Shown here one piece after another: positions 30,140-43,801 of a stretch of DNA of 64,000 nt. This DNA comes from an uncultured Chloroflexia bacterium (lineage in GTDB: Bacteria; Chloroflexota; Limnocylindria; Limnocylindrales; CSP1-4): contig CAVVNQ010000003.1 in NCBI GenBank assembly GCA_963749705.1, positions 192,001 to 256,000 of the forward strand, in the 5' to 3' direction. The position numbers and the translations under genes were made by a program. Under the pieces are notes generated by a model, which did no database searches, had not been told where the DNA came from, and saw only the letters and a list, made by a program, of their open reading frames with translations. Positions within the stretch are counted from its first letter, which is position 1; each line of letters begins with the position of its first letter.

Positions 30140-31579
30140 TCATGGACCCGTGCCGGCCCCGGTCCCGACGGCGCCGGCTTTGACGCCGAGAACCTCCAGG
30201 GCCGCGTCCAGGTCCGGATCATCGCCCGGTCGCGCGGGTGTGGCCGTCACCACGACGTCGGGCTCGATCCCCGTTCCGTTGATCCAGGTCTTGTTCGGGG
30301 TGAGCCACTTCGCGATCGTCAGCCGGAACCCGCCGTTGTCACCCTCGAGCTGCGTCCACTGCTGGACCGTCCCCTTGCCGAACGTCTTGCTGCCCACGAG
30401 CGTCGCCCTGCCCCGGTCGTGGAGCGCCCCGGCGACGATCTCCGACGCCGAGGCTGATCCCCCGTCGACCAGCACCACAAGCCGGATCGAGGGATCCGTC
30501 GCGGCGCCGCCGGGCAGTGCGACCGTCTCGGTCAGGGTCCCCGACGCGTCCTCCTGCCAGAAGATCGTTCCGTCGGCCAGGAACTGGCTCGCGATGTCGC
30601 GGGCCGCGGTGATGAACCCGCCCGGGTTGCCGCGGAGGTCGAGGATGAGGCGCGTCCGCCCGGCCGCAACGTCCTCGGCTACCACCTTGTCGAACTGCTG
30701 CGCGGCGTGATCCGAGAACCCGGACAGCCGGATGTATCCGACGCTGCCGTTGGCGAGGACCTTCGCTTCGACCTCCTGCTGGACGATCACCGCCCGGACG
30801 ATCGTGACCTCGAACGCCGGCTGGTCGCCGCGGATGATCGTGAGCGTGACCTTCGTGTCCCGGGGTCCTCGGACGCGGTCTCGCGCCTGGTCGACGGTCA
30901 GCCCGTCGACCGAGCTGCCGTCGATCATGTCGACGACATCGCCGGGCAGCAGCCCGGCCGCGCGGGCGGGTGATCCGGCAAGCGGCTCGACGATGGCCAG
31001 CCGGCAGTCAGGTCCCAGGGTGGTGCACGACGTGGTCGCCCCGGTCGCGTCCACGGTCCCGATCGTCGCGCCGATCCCCTCGAACTCGCCCGAGATGTTG
31101 CGCAGCGATCCCTTGAACTCGTCGGACGTGAGGTACTGGGAGTACGGATCACCCAGCGCGGTGATCATTCCCTTGATCGCGCCCTCGATGATCGACTTGC
31201 GATCGACCGGTCCGCCGGCGTAGCGCTCGGTGACCGCGCGGTACGTGTCCCAGAACGGCTGGAATGCCTGGGCCTCGTCCGCCGGCGTCCCCGGCGTGAG
31301 CGCGTACTGGCGACCCAGCGTCCAGCCCGAGACGAACAGCGCCGAGCCCGCGACGATCGCGATCAGGGTGATCGCGATCAGGGTGGCGTTCGAGCGCCGT
31401 GCGACGCGGAGCGCCGGCGCACCGGCCGATGGCGCGGGCGACGTCGGCGCATGGCCCGCCCCGGTCGCATGGCCCGCCCCAGCGCCATCGGCCGTCGGGG
31501 TGTCGTCGTTCGGATCGGCAGCCGGGGGGGTGCCCGCCGGAATGGGCTCGGGTTCGGGGGCGGGCTGGTCCGTTGGCAT
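30140..31579 (-). CDS. S41A C-terminal processing peptidase with a PDZ domain (CtpA-like)
   Basis: DPYSQY, FEGIG, LDLRGNPGG, SASASEI and TFGKGTVQ motifs. Confidence 0.92.
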   Translation of the reverse strand: MPTDQPAPEPEPIPAGTPPAADPNDDTPTADGAGAGHATGAGHAPTSPAPSAGAPALRVARRSNATLIAITLIAIVAGSALFVSGWTLGRQYALTPGTPADEAQAFQPFWDTYRAVTERYAGGPVDRKSIIEGAIKGMITALGDPYSQYLTSDEFKGSLRNISGEFEGIGATIGTVDATGATTSCTTLGPDCRLAIVEPLAGSPARAAGLLPGDVVDMIDGSSVDGLTVDQARDRVRGPRDTKVTLTIIRGDQPAFEVTIVRAVIVQQEVEAKVLANGSVGYIRLSGFSDHAAQQFDKVVAEDVAAGRTRLILDLRGNPGGFITAARDIASQFLADGTIFWQEDASGTLTETVALPGGAATDPSIRLVVLVDGGSASASEIVAGALHDRGRATLVGSKTFGKGTVQQWTQLEGDNGGFRLTIAKWLTPNKTWINGTGIEPDVVVTATPARPGDDPDLDAALEVLGVKAGAVGTGAGTGP

Positions 31580-31657
31580 CTGGAATTCTCGATCGGCCGG
31601 GGGGAGGGACGTGCGTCCAGCGTACCTCCGGTCCCGGGAACGGACCGGCGACGCCCG

Positions 31658-32548
31658 TCAGCGAATGAGGTACGTCCGGACCGACACCCAGGATCCGAGC
31701 ACGCCCAGCCCGAGACCGGTTGCAAGCACGATCACCGCCGTATCCCGGGCGAGGGCACCGAGCCGGAGTGGCAGGACGTTGAAGAACCCGACCATGGCCT
31801 GCGACATCGGCTCGGAGCCTGCCGCCAGCAGTCCCAGGGTGATCAACGCGCCGAGCAGCCCGACGAGGGCGCCCTCGAACACGAACGGCCAGCGGATGAA
31901 CGCGTCGGACGCGCCGACCAGCCGCATGATCTCGATCTCCTCTGCCCGCGCCACGACGGCGAGCCGGATCGTGTTGACGATGATGAACAGCACGATCAGC
32001 CCCACGACCGCGACCATCACGACGCCCGCGGTTCGCACGAACCCGGTCACGGTGGTCACGCGGTCCACGAGGGCGTCGATGTTGAGCACGTTGCGCACGA
32101 TCGGCTCGTTCTCGGGTTGGAGGGTGTCGCTGACGACCTGGAGATCCGACGGCCGGCGGAGCTTGACGTTCACGCTCGCGTACAGCGGGTTGGACTCCAG
32201 GTACTTGGTGAGGTCGTCGCGGCCCTGGGCCGCCTGCGCCTCCTGGAAGCGGCGGAGCGCCTCGTCGCGCGAGATGAACTCGACCGAGGCCACCTCCGGC
32301 ATCGCATCGAGCCGGGCCACCAGCTCGTCCACCTGCGCCTGGGTCGACGTCGTCTGGACATACGCGACCACCTCGACCTTGTCCTCGACGAAGCCGAGGC
32401 TGGCCAGGAGCACGTTCTGGAGGATGAAGAACCCGGACAGCAGCAGCAGCATCAGCACCATCGTCAGGGTGGCCGCCAGGCTCATCAGGGCGTTGCGCCA
32501 GAACCCCTGCCAGGCCCGGCGCAACGAGAACGCGACGAAGGTGAACAC
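31658..32548 (-). CDS. ftsX: Cell division permease FtsX
   Basis: NTIRLAVVARAEEIEIMRLVGAS..FIRWPF..EG; adjacent to ftsE. Confidence 0.92.
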   Translation of the reverse strand: MFTFVAFSLRRAWQGFWRNALMSLAATLTMVLMLLLLSGFFILQNVLLASLGFVEDKVEVVAYVQTTSTQAQVDELVARLDAMPEVASVEFISRDEALRRFQEAQAAQGRDDLTKYLESNPLYASVNVKLRRPSDLQVVSDTLQPENEPIVRNVLNIDALVDRVTTVTGFVRTAGVVMVAVVGLIVLFIIVNTIRLAVVARAEEIEIMRLVGASDAFIRWPFVFEGALVGLLGALITLGLLAAGSEPMSQAMVGFFNVLPLRLGALARDTAVIVLATGLGLGVLGSWVSVRTYLIR

Positions 32549-32550
32549 GA

Positions 32551-33333
32551 TCAGTCCTCGCGGTGGTAGGCCGCTCCGGCCTCGTCGCGGATGACCCGCC
32601 CGTCCTCGAGCGCGATCACGCGCTTGCGCAGGGCGGTGACGATCTCGGCGTCATGGGTCGCCATCAGGATGGTGACCCCGAGCTCGTTGATCCGGAGCAG
32701 GAGCTGGATGATCTCCCAGCTGATCACGGGGTCCAGGTTGCCCGTGGGCTCGTCCGCGATGATGATCCGCGGGTCATGGACCAGCGCCCGGGCGATGGCC
32801 GTCCGCTGCTGCTCGCCGCCGGACAGCTGGGTCGGATACTGGGCCGCCTGTGCGGTCAGCCCGACCAGCGCCAGGACGCGATCGACCGCCGGCCGGATCC
32901 GCCGGCCGGGCGTCCCGGTGACCTCGAGCGCGAACGCGACGTTCTCCCAGACCGTCTTGCGCGGCAGCAGCTTGAAGTCCTGGAACACGGTGCCGATCTT
33001 GCGGCGGACCCGGGGCACCATCCGGCGCGGGATCCGGGCCAGGTCGTCCCCGTCCACGACCACGACCCCGTGGGTCGCCAGCTCGTCGCGGATGAGGAGC
33101 TTCATGAGCGTCGACTTGCCCGCCCCGGACGGGCCGACGAGGAACACGAAGTCACCCTCGGGGACGACGAGATCGACGTCGCGCAGCGCCTCCTTGCCGT
33201 TGGGGTAGCGCATCGTGACGTCATGGAGCACGACGACGGCCTGGTCCGACCGGGTTGCGACCGCCCGGCCGGTCAGCCGGTCGAACAGGGATGCTGGCGC
33301 GGTCGTGGGTTCAGTCGGCGGGGCGACGGTCAT
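32551..33333 (-). CDS. ftsE: Cell division ATP-binding protein FtsE
   Basis: FVFLVGPSGAGKST, VFQDFKLL, LSGGEQQR and ADEPTGNLD motifs; start uncertain. Confidence 0.92.
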   Translation of the reverse strand: MTVAPPTEPTTAPASLFDRLTGRAVATRSDQAVVVLHDVTMRYPNGKEALRDVDLVVPEGDFVFLVGPSGAGKSTLMKLLIRDELATHGVVVVDGDDLARIPRRMVPRVRRKIGTVFQDFKLLPRKTVWENVAFALEVTGTPGRRIRPAVDRVLALVGLTAQAAQYPTQLSGGEQQRTAIARALVHDPRIIIADEPTGNLDPVISWEIIQLLLRINELGVTILMATHDAEIVTALRKRVIALEDGRVIRDEAGAAYHRED

Positions 33334-33517
33334 CAGATTGCTCGGTGACGGATGGTCGAGGCGAAGGCCGGTGCCCACGCCGGGTGATCAGCTCCGTCCC
33401 AGGGCACGATCGGGAGCGCCACGTCTGGCGAGGCTAGCAGCAAGTCCCGGCCCCGGCAAACGTGCCGCCGGGCGGCTTCGTGGACGGGGCCGGCCGTCGC
33501 ATCCATGGGCGTTTCTG

Positions 33518-34540
33518 CTACACGATCGCCAGCGAGATCGGGATGTACCGCCCGAACGGATGGTCCGGCGATGACCAGCAGATCATGCCGGGCAGGCCGT
33601 CGAACCGGAGCCCCGCGTCGAGCAGCGCGCGCATCGCGAGATCCGCTGTTCCCGGCACCCACATCGCTGCCGGTCCCAGCACCGGTGTGCTCCGAATCGC
33701 CACGCCGATCAGCGCCGGATGGAGCTCCGGGTCGAGCGCTGCCACGGGTCCCATCCGGCCACCCCCGGACCCGTAGGCGTAGCCCAGCGGCCGACCGCCG
33801 CGTTCACGGACGAGGAACCCGGATCGCCCCTCGCGACGGAGGTACGCGTGATCGGCGCCGTGGGGCATGCCGACGATCTCGGCATCGAGCCCGTCCACGA
33901 TGTCGGCCAGGCGGCGATGGCCGTCGGGCCCCCCGACGACGATGCCCTCGAACGGGACCGCCTCCAGCGCTCGGGGAAGCGTGGGGACCGCGGTCCACCG
34001 GCGGACCTCGCCGACGAGCCTCCAGACCGGGATGCGCGGGATCATGCCCCGGCGCGCATACAGCCCGTTCGAGATCGGCTGGCCGGCATCGGTGCACATC
34101 CCCCATCGGCGGATCCCGGTGTCGAGGGGCTCGTCCGGGCACGGAATGGCCGGACCGCCCGGGTCGACGTCCCTGCCCGCCTGGGCCCGGTCCATGAGCG
34201 CACCACCGAGGCCCCGGGACTGGGCGCCCGGATCGACGAACAGCATCGCGAGGAACCACAGGTCGCCGCGCACGGACGCGGCCGAGAACCCGACCACGCG
34301 ATCGAGGGCCCCGCCCGTCGCGGCGGCAGCGCCGGCCGGCACCGTGGCAACCCAGAATCGCTCAGGGTCCGTCGCCAGCAGGTGCGCCAGCAGCCGCCGC
34401 AGCGGCGTCAGGTCGTCGGGCATCGGCGGCTGCCCGAGCCGGCCCTGGTAATCGTCGATCGCGGCCTTCCAGACGCCCGTGCACGCCTCGAGGTCCTCGG
34501 TGCGACCGGGCCGGAACGCCGTCGGCCCGGAGTCGGTCAC
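33518..34540 (-). CDS. GNAT family N-acetyltransferase (tandem-type)
   Basis: Motif A LFVDPGAQSRGLGGALM and motif B LYARRG. Confidence 0.75.
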   Translation of the reverse strand: MTDSGPTAFRPGRTEDLEACTGVWKAAIDDYQGRLGQPPMPDDLTPLRRLLAHLLATDPERFWVATVPAGAAAATGGALDRVVGFSAASVRGDLWFLAMLFVDPGAQSRGLGGALMDRAQAGRDVDPGGPAIPCPDEPLDTGIRRWGMCTDAGQPISNGLYARRGMIPRIPVWRLVGEVRRWTAVPTLPRALEAVPFEGIVVGGPDGHRRLADIVDGLDAEIVGMPHGADHAYLRREGRSGFLVRERGGRPLGYAYGSGGGRMGPVAALDPELHPALIGVAIRSTPVLGPAAMWVPGTADLAMRALLDAGLRFDGLPGMICWSSPDHPFGRYIPISLAIV

Positions 34541-34543
34541 GCG

Positions 34544-35669
34544 TCAGCCGTCCGAGTCGTCGTCCGCCGACGGCGGACGGCCGGTCGCAACCCGCTCGAG
34601 CTCGGCCTGCATGAACGCATCCAGGTCGCCGTCGAGGACGCTCCCCGTGTTCGAGGTCTCGTGCCCGGAGCGGAGGTCCTTGACCATCTGGTAGGGGTGG
34701 AGCACGTAGGAGCGGATCTGGTTGCCCCAGCCCGCGGTGACGTGCTCGCCGCGCAGCTTCTGGAGCTCCTCCTCGCGCTTCTCCAGCTCCAGCTCCAGCA
34801 GCCTCGACTTGAGGACCCGGATCGCGATCTCGCGGTTCTGCGTGGCCGACCGCTCGTTCTGGCAGGACACGACGATCCCGGTCGGCAGGTGGGTGAGGCG
34901 GATCGCCAATTCCGTCTTCTGCACGTGCTGCCCGCCCGCGCCCGACGAGCGGAAGGTGTCAACGCGGATCTCGTCCCAGTTGAGCTCGATCTCGACGTCC
35001 TCGTCCGCCTCCGGCATGACCTCGATCAGCGCGAACGTGGTCTGCCGGCGATTCTGGGCGTCGTAGGGGCTGATCCGGACCAGCCGGTGAACGCCGCGCT
35101 CGGCGCGTAGCCAGCCGTACGCGAACCGCCCGTCGACGGTGACCGTCGCGCTCTTGATCCCGGCCTGCTCCCCTTCCTGGGAATCGACCACGTCGGTCCG
35201 GAACCGGTGCCGCTCGGCCCAGCGGAGGTACATCCGGAGGAGCATCTCTGCCCAGTCCGTTGCCTCGGTGCCGCCTGCGCCGGCGCTGATCGTGACCACC
35301 GCGTTCTTGGCATCGTAGTCACCGGAGAACAGCAGCAGCGTCCGCTCGCGCTCGAACTCGGTGCGCAGGCCGTCGGCCTCGCGCTCCACGTCGGCCTCCA
35401 TCTCGGGATCGGGCGTGTCCTCGAGCAGGCCCAACAGCTCGACCAGGTCGTCGGCGCGCTTCTCCAGCGATCGCCACAGGCCGACCTCCTCGCGCAGGCC
35501 CTGGGCCTCACGGAGCACCTTCTGGGCGGCTCGCTGGTCGTCCCAGAAGCCGGGCTCGCTCGACCGCCCGTCGAGCTCCTGGAGCCGCGATTCCTTGGCG
35601 GCTAGGTCAAAGACGCCCCGAGGTCGCCCGGATCCGCTCCGCCAGGTCGCGCGTGGACGCCGCGTCCAC
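34544..35669 (-). CDS. prfB: Peptide chain release factor 2 with a programmed +1 frameshift (about 374 aa)
   Basis: GTG 35669, 20 codons, then CTT TGA C (35612-35606). The +1 frame reads DLAAKESRL..PGFWDD..GGTEA..ISPYD..GAGGQHV. Confidence 0.95.
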
Positions 35670-35893
35670 TAGCTGCGGGCCTGGAGATCGTGGAGCAGGA
35701 TCGGACGGAGCTCGATCAGCCGCAGGGCGGTCTTGCTCCGGGCGACGACGGGGTTCACGCAGGGACAGTAGCCGTTGTGGGGGCAGACGCCGCAGTTGCC
35801 GTCACAGTCGAGCGCGGCGGCGTAGCTGCAGGTCCGACAGTCGCGTTCGCAAGCAATGAGATCCACGAATTGGGCATCCTCAGCCTGCTTCAC
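35669..35893 (-). CDS. 74-aa Cys-rich protein with 2x CxxxCxxC plus CxC
   Basis: Purine-rich SD (GAGAGGGA). Its stop overlaps the prfB start (TAGTG). First ORF after a clean promoter. Confidence 0.7.
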   Translation of the reverse strand: MKQAEDAQFVDLIACERDCRTCSYAAALDCDGNCGVCPHNGYCPCVNPVVARSKTALRLIELRPILLHDLQARS

Positions 35894-36018
35894 ACGTCCC
35901 TCTCTCTCGTCCTTCGCTGTCGGTCTGGTGTGACGGTTCGGGACGGGGCGCCGCAGGCGATGTGCGGGGCGCTGGGTGGGCGTCGGCGCCGGTCCCTGGT
36001 AGCGAAGAACTGAGCCCG

Positions 36019-36047
36019 AGTATATGAGAGCGACATTCGCACGCCAA
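36019..36047 (-). promoter_or_regulatory. Sigma70-type promoter TTGGCG-N17-TATACT for the Cys-rich ORF and prfB
   Basis: Reverse complements of cgccaa (36042-47) and agtata (36019-24), 17-nt spacer. Confidence 0.7.
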
Positions 36048-36103
36048 GGGGGTGAACTGCGTTTGCGCGAGGAAAAACGCGCGCAGGCGGCGAATTCCCG
36101 GCC

Positions 36104-36706
36104 TCAGCCGCCCGGTTGCTCGACAGCAGGGCCGCTGCGGGCGAGAAAGTAGACCGTCAGCGCGCCCAGCTCGTGGGCGGTGGCGCGGAGCTCACGGACG
36201 AGGTCCTGCTGGATCGGCGAGGTCGTGGTCGGTGAGCCGTACGCCTCGATCCCGAGGTCGTCGGCGATCCGCAGGACGCGCAGCATGTGGGTGGGATCCG
36301 AGACGAACACGGCGGACCGCAGTCCGTGCTCGCGCATCAGCGCGCCGACGGCCTGCAGCGACGAGAGCGTGTTGCGACCCTCGTCCTCGCCCAGGATCGA
36401 CGCTGCGGGCACCCCCGCGTGCAGCGCGTACGCCTTCGCGACGGCGGCCTCGGTCGTGCGGTCACCGGGAATCTTGCCGCCGGTGACGATGAACGTGCCG
36501 GCCAGGCCCGCATCCCACAGCGCGATCGCATGCTCGAGACGGGCAGCGAACACCGGCGACGGACGTCCGTTGTACTGGGCGGCGCCGAGAACCACGATCG
36601 CATCGACCCGCCGCCGCTCGTCCTGGTTCCCCTGCTGCCAGATTCGAACCGAGGTCACGCTCGCGGCCAGCACGGCCGCCAGGCCGCCGAGCGCCAGCAC
36701 GCGCAC
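36104..36706 (-). CDS. YdcF/DUF218 family protein
   Basis: DAIVVLGA, RLEHA, IVTGG, TEA, NT and VSDPTHMLR motifs with an N-terminal TM helix; start uncertain. Confidence 0.85.
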   Translation of the reverse strand: MRVLALGGLAAVLAASVTSVRIWQQGNQDERRRVDAIVVLGAAQYNGRPSPVFAARLEHAIALWDAGLAGTFIVTGGKIPGDRTTEAAVAKAYALHAGVPAASILGEDEGRNTLSSLQAVGALMREHGLRSAVFVSDPTHMLRVLRIADDLGIEAYGSPTTTSPIQQDLVRELRATAHELGALTVYFLARSGPAVEQPGG

Positions 36707-36729
36707 CAGATCCGCCCCCCTGGAGCGTG

Positions 36730-39711
<2,982 letters not shown>

Positions 39712-39833
39712 GGCCGGCTGAGTATAGGGTGGATCTTCGCGCCTCCCGGACTCGCGTCAGGGCTGCAGACACCGGCGGCGGCGTGCCGCCATCGCCCTTC
39801 AGCCGGGTTCGCGTGCGGAGATCGCGGTGCCCG

Positions 39834-40085
39834 TCAGCCCCAGAACCCGGTGCCGTAGCCGGCGAGGACGACCGCGAACGTGACCGCGGCCAGGCCGACC
39901 CACAGCGCAGCGGACCGGAGCGTCGAGGTGGGGTTCATCTCCGTGTTCGCGAGCGCGGGCAGCTTGCGCCCGCGGAGCGACGCACCCCATCGGCCCGACC
40001 GGAGCTGGTTCCGCCAGTTCTCGTCGGTGACGGGTCTGACCTCGAGGCCGCCCTTGCCGTCGGGGCGATGCAGCTGCAGGCTCAT
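39834..40085 (-). CDS. Small hypothetical protein with a C-terminal TM helix
   Basis: 83 aa, SD GGAG, fills the prs-secA gap on the same strand. Confidence 0.6.
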   Translation of the reverse strand: MSLQLHRPDGKGGLEVRPVTDENWRNQLRSGRWGASLRGRKLPALANTEMNPTSTLRSAALWVGLAAVTFAVVLAGYGTGFWG

Positions 40086-40107
40086 GGATCTCCGAGTCTC
40101 GTTCCGT

Positions 40108-41166
40108 CTACGAACCGGCGGATGCGGTCAGCGCTGATGGTACGTCGTCATCGTCATCGGCCGCGTCCTCCTGGTCACCGAGGCCGTCCTCCCACAGCAG
40201 CATCTCCTGCGTGAACGACACCTCGGACGAGAACAGCGCGCCGACCGACTCGCCGCGATGGATCCGCTTGATCGCCTCGCCGATCAGGGGCGCGACGGAC
40301 AGGACCTTGATCTGCGGGAGGTGCTTCGCGGCCGGCAGCGGGATCGAGTCCGTGATCACGACCTCGAGCAGGCCCGAGTTCGCGATCCGCTCGGTGGCCG
40401 GATCCGAGAGCACCCCGTGGGTCGCGCAGGCGTAGATCTCGGTCACGCCCTCCCGTTCCAACGCCCGCGTGATCTCGATCAGGGTCCCGCCGGTGTCGAT
40501 CTCGTCGTCCACGATGATCGCCCGGCGCCCGCGCACGTCGCCGATGACGTTCATCACCTCGGCGCGGTCGAGATTGCCCTGGCGGCGCTTCTCGACGATG
40601 GCCAGCGGCGCGTCGATCAGCTCCGCGAATGCGCGGGCCCGCTTGGCAAAGCCCAGGTCGGTGACCACCACGCACTCGTCGAGGTGCTTGTCCACGAAGT
40701 ATCGCGACAGCATGTGGACCGCGGTCAGCTCGTCGACGGGGATGTTGAAGAACCCCTGGATCTGGCCCTGGTGGAGGTCCATGGTCAGCATCCGGTCGGC
40801 GCCCGCGACCGAGATCATGTCGGCGACCAGGCGCGCCGAGATCGGCACCCGCGGCTGGTCCTTCTTGTCGGAGCGGCCGTATGCGTAGTACGGCACGACC
40901 GCCGTGATCCTGCCCGCCGACGCGCGCTTGAACGCGTCGATCATGATCAGCAGCTCCATGATCGACTGGTTGACCGGGCGCGAGGTCGGCTGCACGACGA
41001 ACACGTCCTTCTCGCGGACGTTGTCCAGGATCCGCACGAAGATGTTCTCGTTCGCGAACTGGAACACCTCGGCCCGCCCGGGCTCGCTGCCCAGCCAGTG
41101 CGCGATCTTGCGCGCGAGCTCCGGGTTCGAGTTGCCGTGATAGATCTCGTACTGGTCCGCGTACAC
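40108..41166 (-). CDS. prs: Ribose-phosphate pyrophosphokinase
   Basis: FANENI, PYYAYGRSDKK, DLHQGQIQGFF, DDEIDTGGT and ATHG motifs. Start at 41166 or 41196. Confidence 0.95.
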   Translation of the reverse strand: MYADQYEIYHGNSNPELARKIAHWLGSEPGRAEVFQFANENIFVRILDNVREKDVFVVQPTSRPVNQSIMELLIMIDAFKRASAGRITAVVPYYAYGRSDKKDQPRVPISARLVADMISVAGADRMLTMDLHQGQIQGFFNIPVDELTAVHMLSRYFVDKHLDECVVVTDLGFAKRARAFAELIDAPLAIVEKRRQGNLDRAEVMNVIGDVRGRRAIIVDDEIDTGGTLIEITRALEREGVTEIYACATHGVLSDPATERIANSGLLEVVITDSIPLPAAKHLPQIKVLSVAPLIGEAIKRIHRGESVGALFSSEVSFTQEMLLWEDGLGDQEDAADDDDDVPSALTASAGS

Positions 41167-41192
41167 GCCTGCCTCACGTCTGCCGAAGGCGT

Positions 41193-43763
41193 TCACGACG
41201 AGCGATCTTGCCCCGGACCCTCCGAGCCGCCGCCGCCGGGCTGGGGATCGTCATTGTCGCCGATGCCTCCGCGCTCCGCCAGCCCCGGGCTGAATGCGGC
41301 GATGGCGACGACGCGATCGCCCTCGGCCAGGCGCATGACGATCACGCCGCGCGCCGCAGAGGAGTAGCGGTTGATCGTGTTGGTCTCGGTCCTGATGACC
41401 TGGCCGTGCGCCGAGATGAGCACCAGCTCCTCGTCCTCGGGCGTGACCTGCTGGACCGCCGCCACGAGGCCGGTCTTGCGCCCCTCGAGCGCGATCAGGC
41501 GGACGCCCTGGCCGCCGCGATGCTTGCGCCGGAACTCCGTCAGCGCGACGCGCTTGCCGTAGCCGGTCTCGGACAGCACCAGCAGGTCCGCCTCCGGCTC
41601 GACCACGCTCATCGAGACCACCGCATCGCCCTGGCGGGCCAGCCGGATGCCGATGACGCCGGCTGCATCACGACCCATCGGCCGGACCTCGCCCTCGGAG
41701 AACCGGGCGAGCATCCCCTGGGCCGTCGCGATGATCACGTCGTCGTCGCCGCCCGAGACCCCGACCCAGGCGAGCTCGTCACCGTCGTTGATCGTGATCG
41801 CCCGGATCCCGGTCGAGCGGACGCGCTCGAACTGCTCCATCGGCGTCTTCTTGATGATCCCGTTGCGGGTCGCCATGACCAGGTAGTGGCCGGGCTCGAA
41901 GTTGGGCAGGCAGATGGTCGCCATCGGGACCTCGCCGGACTCCACCTGGACGCCGGGGAGGTTGATGATCGCCATGCCCTTCGCCTGGCGCGAGGCGTCG
42001 GGGATGGCATGGACCTTCGCCGAGAACACGCGGCCCTTGTTGGTGAAGAACAGGGCCCAATCGTGCGTGTTGGCGGCGAGCAGGTGCTCGATGGCGTCCT
42101 CCTCGCGCGCGACGTGCCCGATGATCCCCTTGCCGCCGCGGTGCTGCCGGCGGTAGGTGGCCACCGGCTGGCGCTTGATGTAGCCGCGGCGGCTGATCGT
42201 GACGACCACGTCCTCGTCGGCGATCAGGTCCTCGTCGGTCATCTCGCGGCTGGAGTCGTCCACGACGCGCGTCCGCCGCTCGCCGGCATACTTCCGCTTC
42301 AGCTCCGTCAGCTCGTCCTTGATGATCGACAGCACGCGGGTCGGGTTGGCCAGGATGTCCTCGAGCTCCGCGATGACCTGGATGATCGCGAGGTACTCGT
42401 CCTCGATCTTCTGGCGCTCGAGCGCGGCCAGGCGTGCGAGGCGCATGTCGAGGATCGCCTGGGCCTGGAGCTCCGACAGCCCGAAGCGGCTCATCAGGTT
42501 GTTGCGCGCCGCCTCGACGTCGGCGGACTCGCGGATCGTCTTGATCACCGCGTCGAGGTTGTCCAGGGCGATCTTGAGGCCCTCGAGGATGTGGGCCCGT
42601 GCGCGCGCCTTCTCGAGGTCGTACTCGGTCCGCCGGCGCACGATCTCGCGCCGGTGGTCGATGTAGTGGCTGAGCACGCTCTTGAGCGACAGCGTCTGCG
42701 GCTGCCCGTCGACGAGCGCCAGCATGTTGAGGTTGAACGCCGTCTGGAGCGCGGTGTGCTTGAACAGGTTGTTGAGCACCTTGTGCGGGTTCGAGTCCCG
42801 CTTGATCTCGATGTAGATCCGCATCCCGTCGCGGTCCGACTCGTCGCGCAGGTCCGCGATCCCGTCGACGCGCTTGTCCTTGACCAGGTCGGCGATCTTC
42901 TCGAGCAGCGCCGACTTGTTGACCTGGTACGGCAGCTCGGTGACGATGATCGCGGTCCGGTCGTTGCGCGTCTCCTCGAACGCCACCTGGGCACGCACCA
43001 CCACCCGTCCGTGGCCGTGGGCGTACATCTCGCGGATGGCGTCGATCGTCTCCTGCTCGCCGGTGAGCGGGTTGCGTCGGGTCTCGAGCCGGAAGATCGA
43101 GGCGCCGGTCGGGAAGTCGGGTCCCTTCACGAACTTGCACAGGTCGTCCGTGGTCGCGCTGGGGTCGTCGATCAGGGAGACCGTGGCATCGACGATCTCG
43201 CCCAGGTGGTGGGGCGGGATGTTGGTGGCCATGCCCACCGCGATCCCCGACGAGCCGTTGATCAGCAGGTTGGGCAGCTTTGCGGGCAGGACCGACGGCT
43301 GCTTCTGGGTGCCGTCGTAGTTGTCCTCGTAGTCGACGGTGTCCTTGTCGATGTCGGCGAGCATCTCCGCGGAGATGGCGGTGAGCCGCGCCTCCGTGTA
43401 GCGCATCGCGGCGGCGGAGTCCCCGTCCACCGATCCGAAGTTGCCCTGGCCGTCCACGAGCGGGTAGCGCATCGAGAAGTCCTGGGCCAGCCTGACCAGC
43501 GCGTCGTACAGCGCGACGTCACCGTGCGGGTGGTACTTGCCCATCACCTCGCCGACGATCGCGGCGCACTTGCGGTACGAGCTGGTGGCGGACAGCCCCA
43601 TCTCGCCCATCGTGTACAGGATCCGCCGGTGGACCGGCTTCAGTCCGTCGCGCACGTCCGGAAGCGCCCGCGCGACGATGACGCTCATCGCGTAATCGAG
43701 ATACGAGGTCTGCATCTCGTCCTCGATGTTGATCGCTCGAACGTCGCCCAGGTCGTCGGTCAC
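41193..43763 (-). CDS. gyrA: DNA gyrase subunit A
   Basis: [29 protein letters not shown] and GyrA-box QHRGGKG. Confidence 0.98.
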   Translation of the reverse strand: MTDDLGDVRAINIEDEMQTSYLDYAMSVIVARALPDVRDGLKPVHRRILYTMGEMGLSATSSYRKCAAIVGEVMGKYHPHGDVALYDALVRLAQDFSMRYPLVDGQGNFGSVDGDSAAAMRYTEARLTAISAEMLADIDKDTVDYEDNYDGTQKQPSVLPAKLPNLLINGSSGIAVGMATNIPPHHLGEIVDATVSLIDDPSATTDDLCKFVKGPDFPTGASIFRLETRRNPLTGEQETIDAIREMYAHGHGRVVVRAQVAFEETRNDRTAIIVTELPYQVNKSALLEKIADLVKDKRVDGIADLRDESDRDGMRIYIEIKRDSNPHKVLNNLFKHTALQTAFNLNMLALVDGQPQTLSLKSVLSHYIDHRREIVRRRTEYDLEKARARAHILEGLKIALDNLDAVIKTIRESADVEAARNNLMSRFGLSELQAQAILDMRLARLAALERQKIEDEYLAIIQVIAELEDILANPTRVLSIIKDELTELKRKYAGERRTRVVDDSSREMTDEDLIADEDVVVTISRRGYIKRQPVATYRRQHRGGKGIIGHVAREEDAIEHLLAANTHDWALFFTNKGRVFSAKVHAIPDASRQAKGMAIINLPGVQVESGEVPMATICLPNFEPGHYLVMATRNGIIKKTPMEQFERVRSTGIRAITINDGDELAWVGVSGGDDDVIIATAQGMLARFSEGEVRPMGRDAAGVIGIRLARQGDAVVSMSVVEPEADLLVLSETGYGKRVALTEFRRKHRGGQGVRLIALEGRKTGLVAAVQQVTPEDEELVLISAHGQVIRTETNTINRYSSAARGVIVMRLAEGDRVVAIAAFSPGLAERGGIGDNDDPQPGGGGSEGPGQDRSS

Positions 43764-43801
43764 GTGGTGGCTCTCCTCCGGTCGGTCGGATCAGGTACTG
43801 G

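Noticed and set aside
35606-35612. prfB as a pseudogene
   Set aside because: The interruption is the canonical CTT TGA C programmed frameshift.
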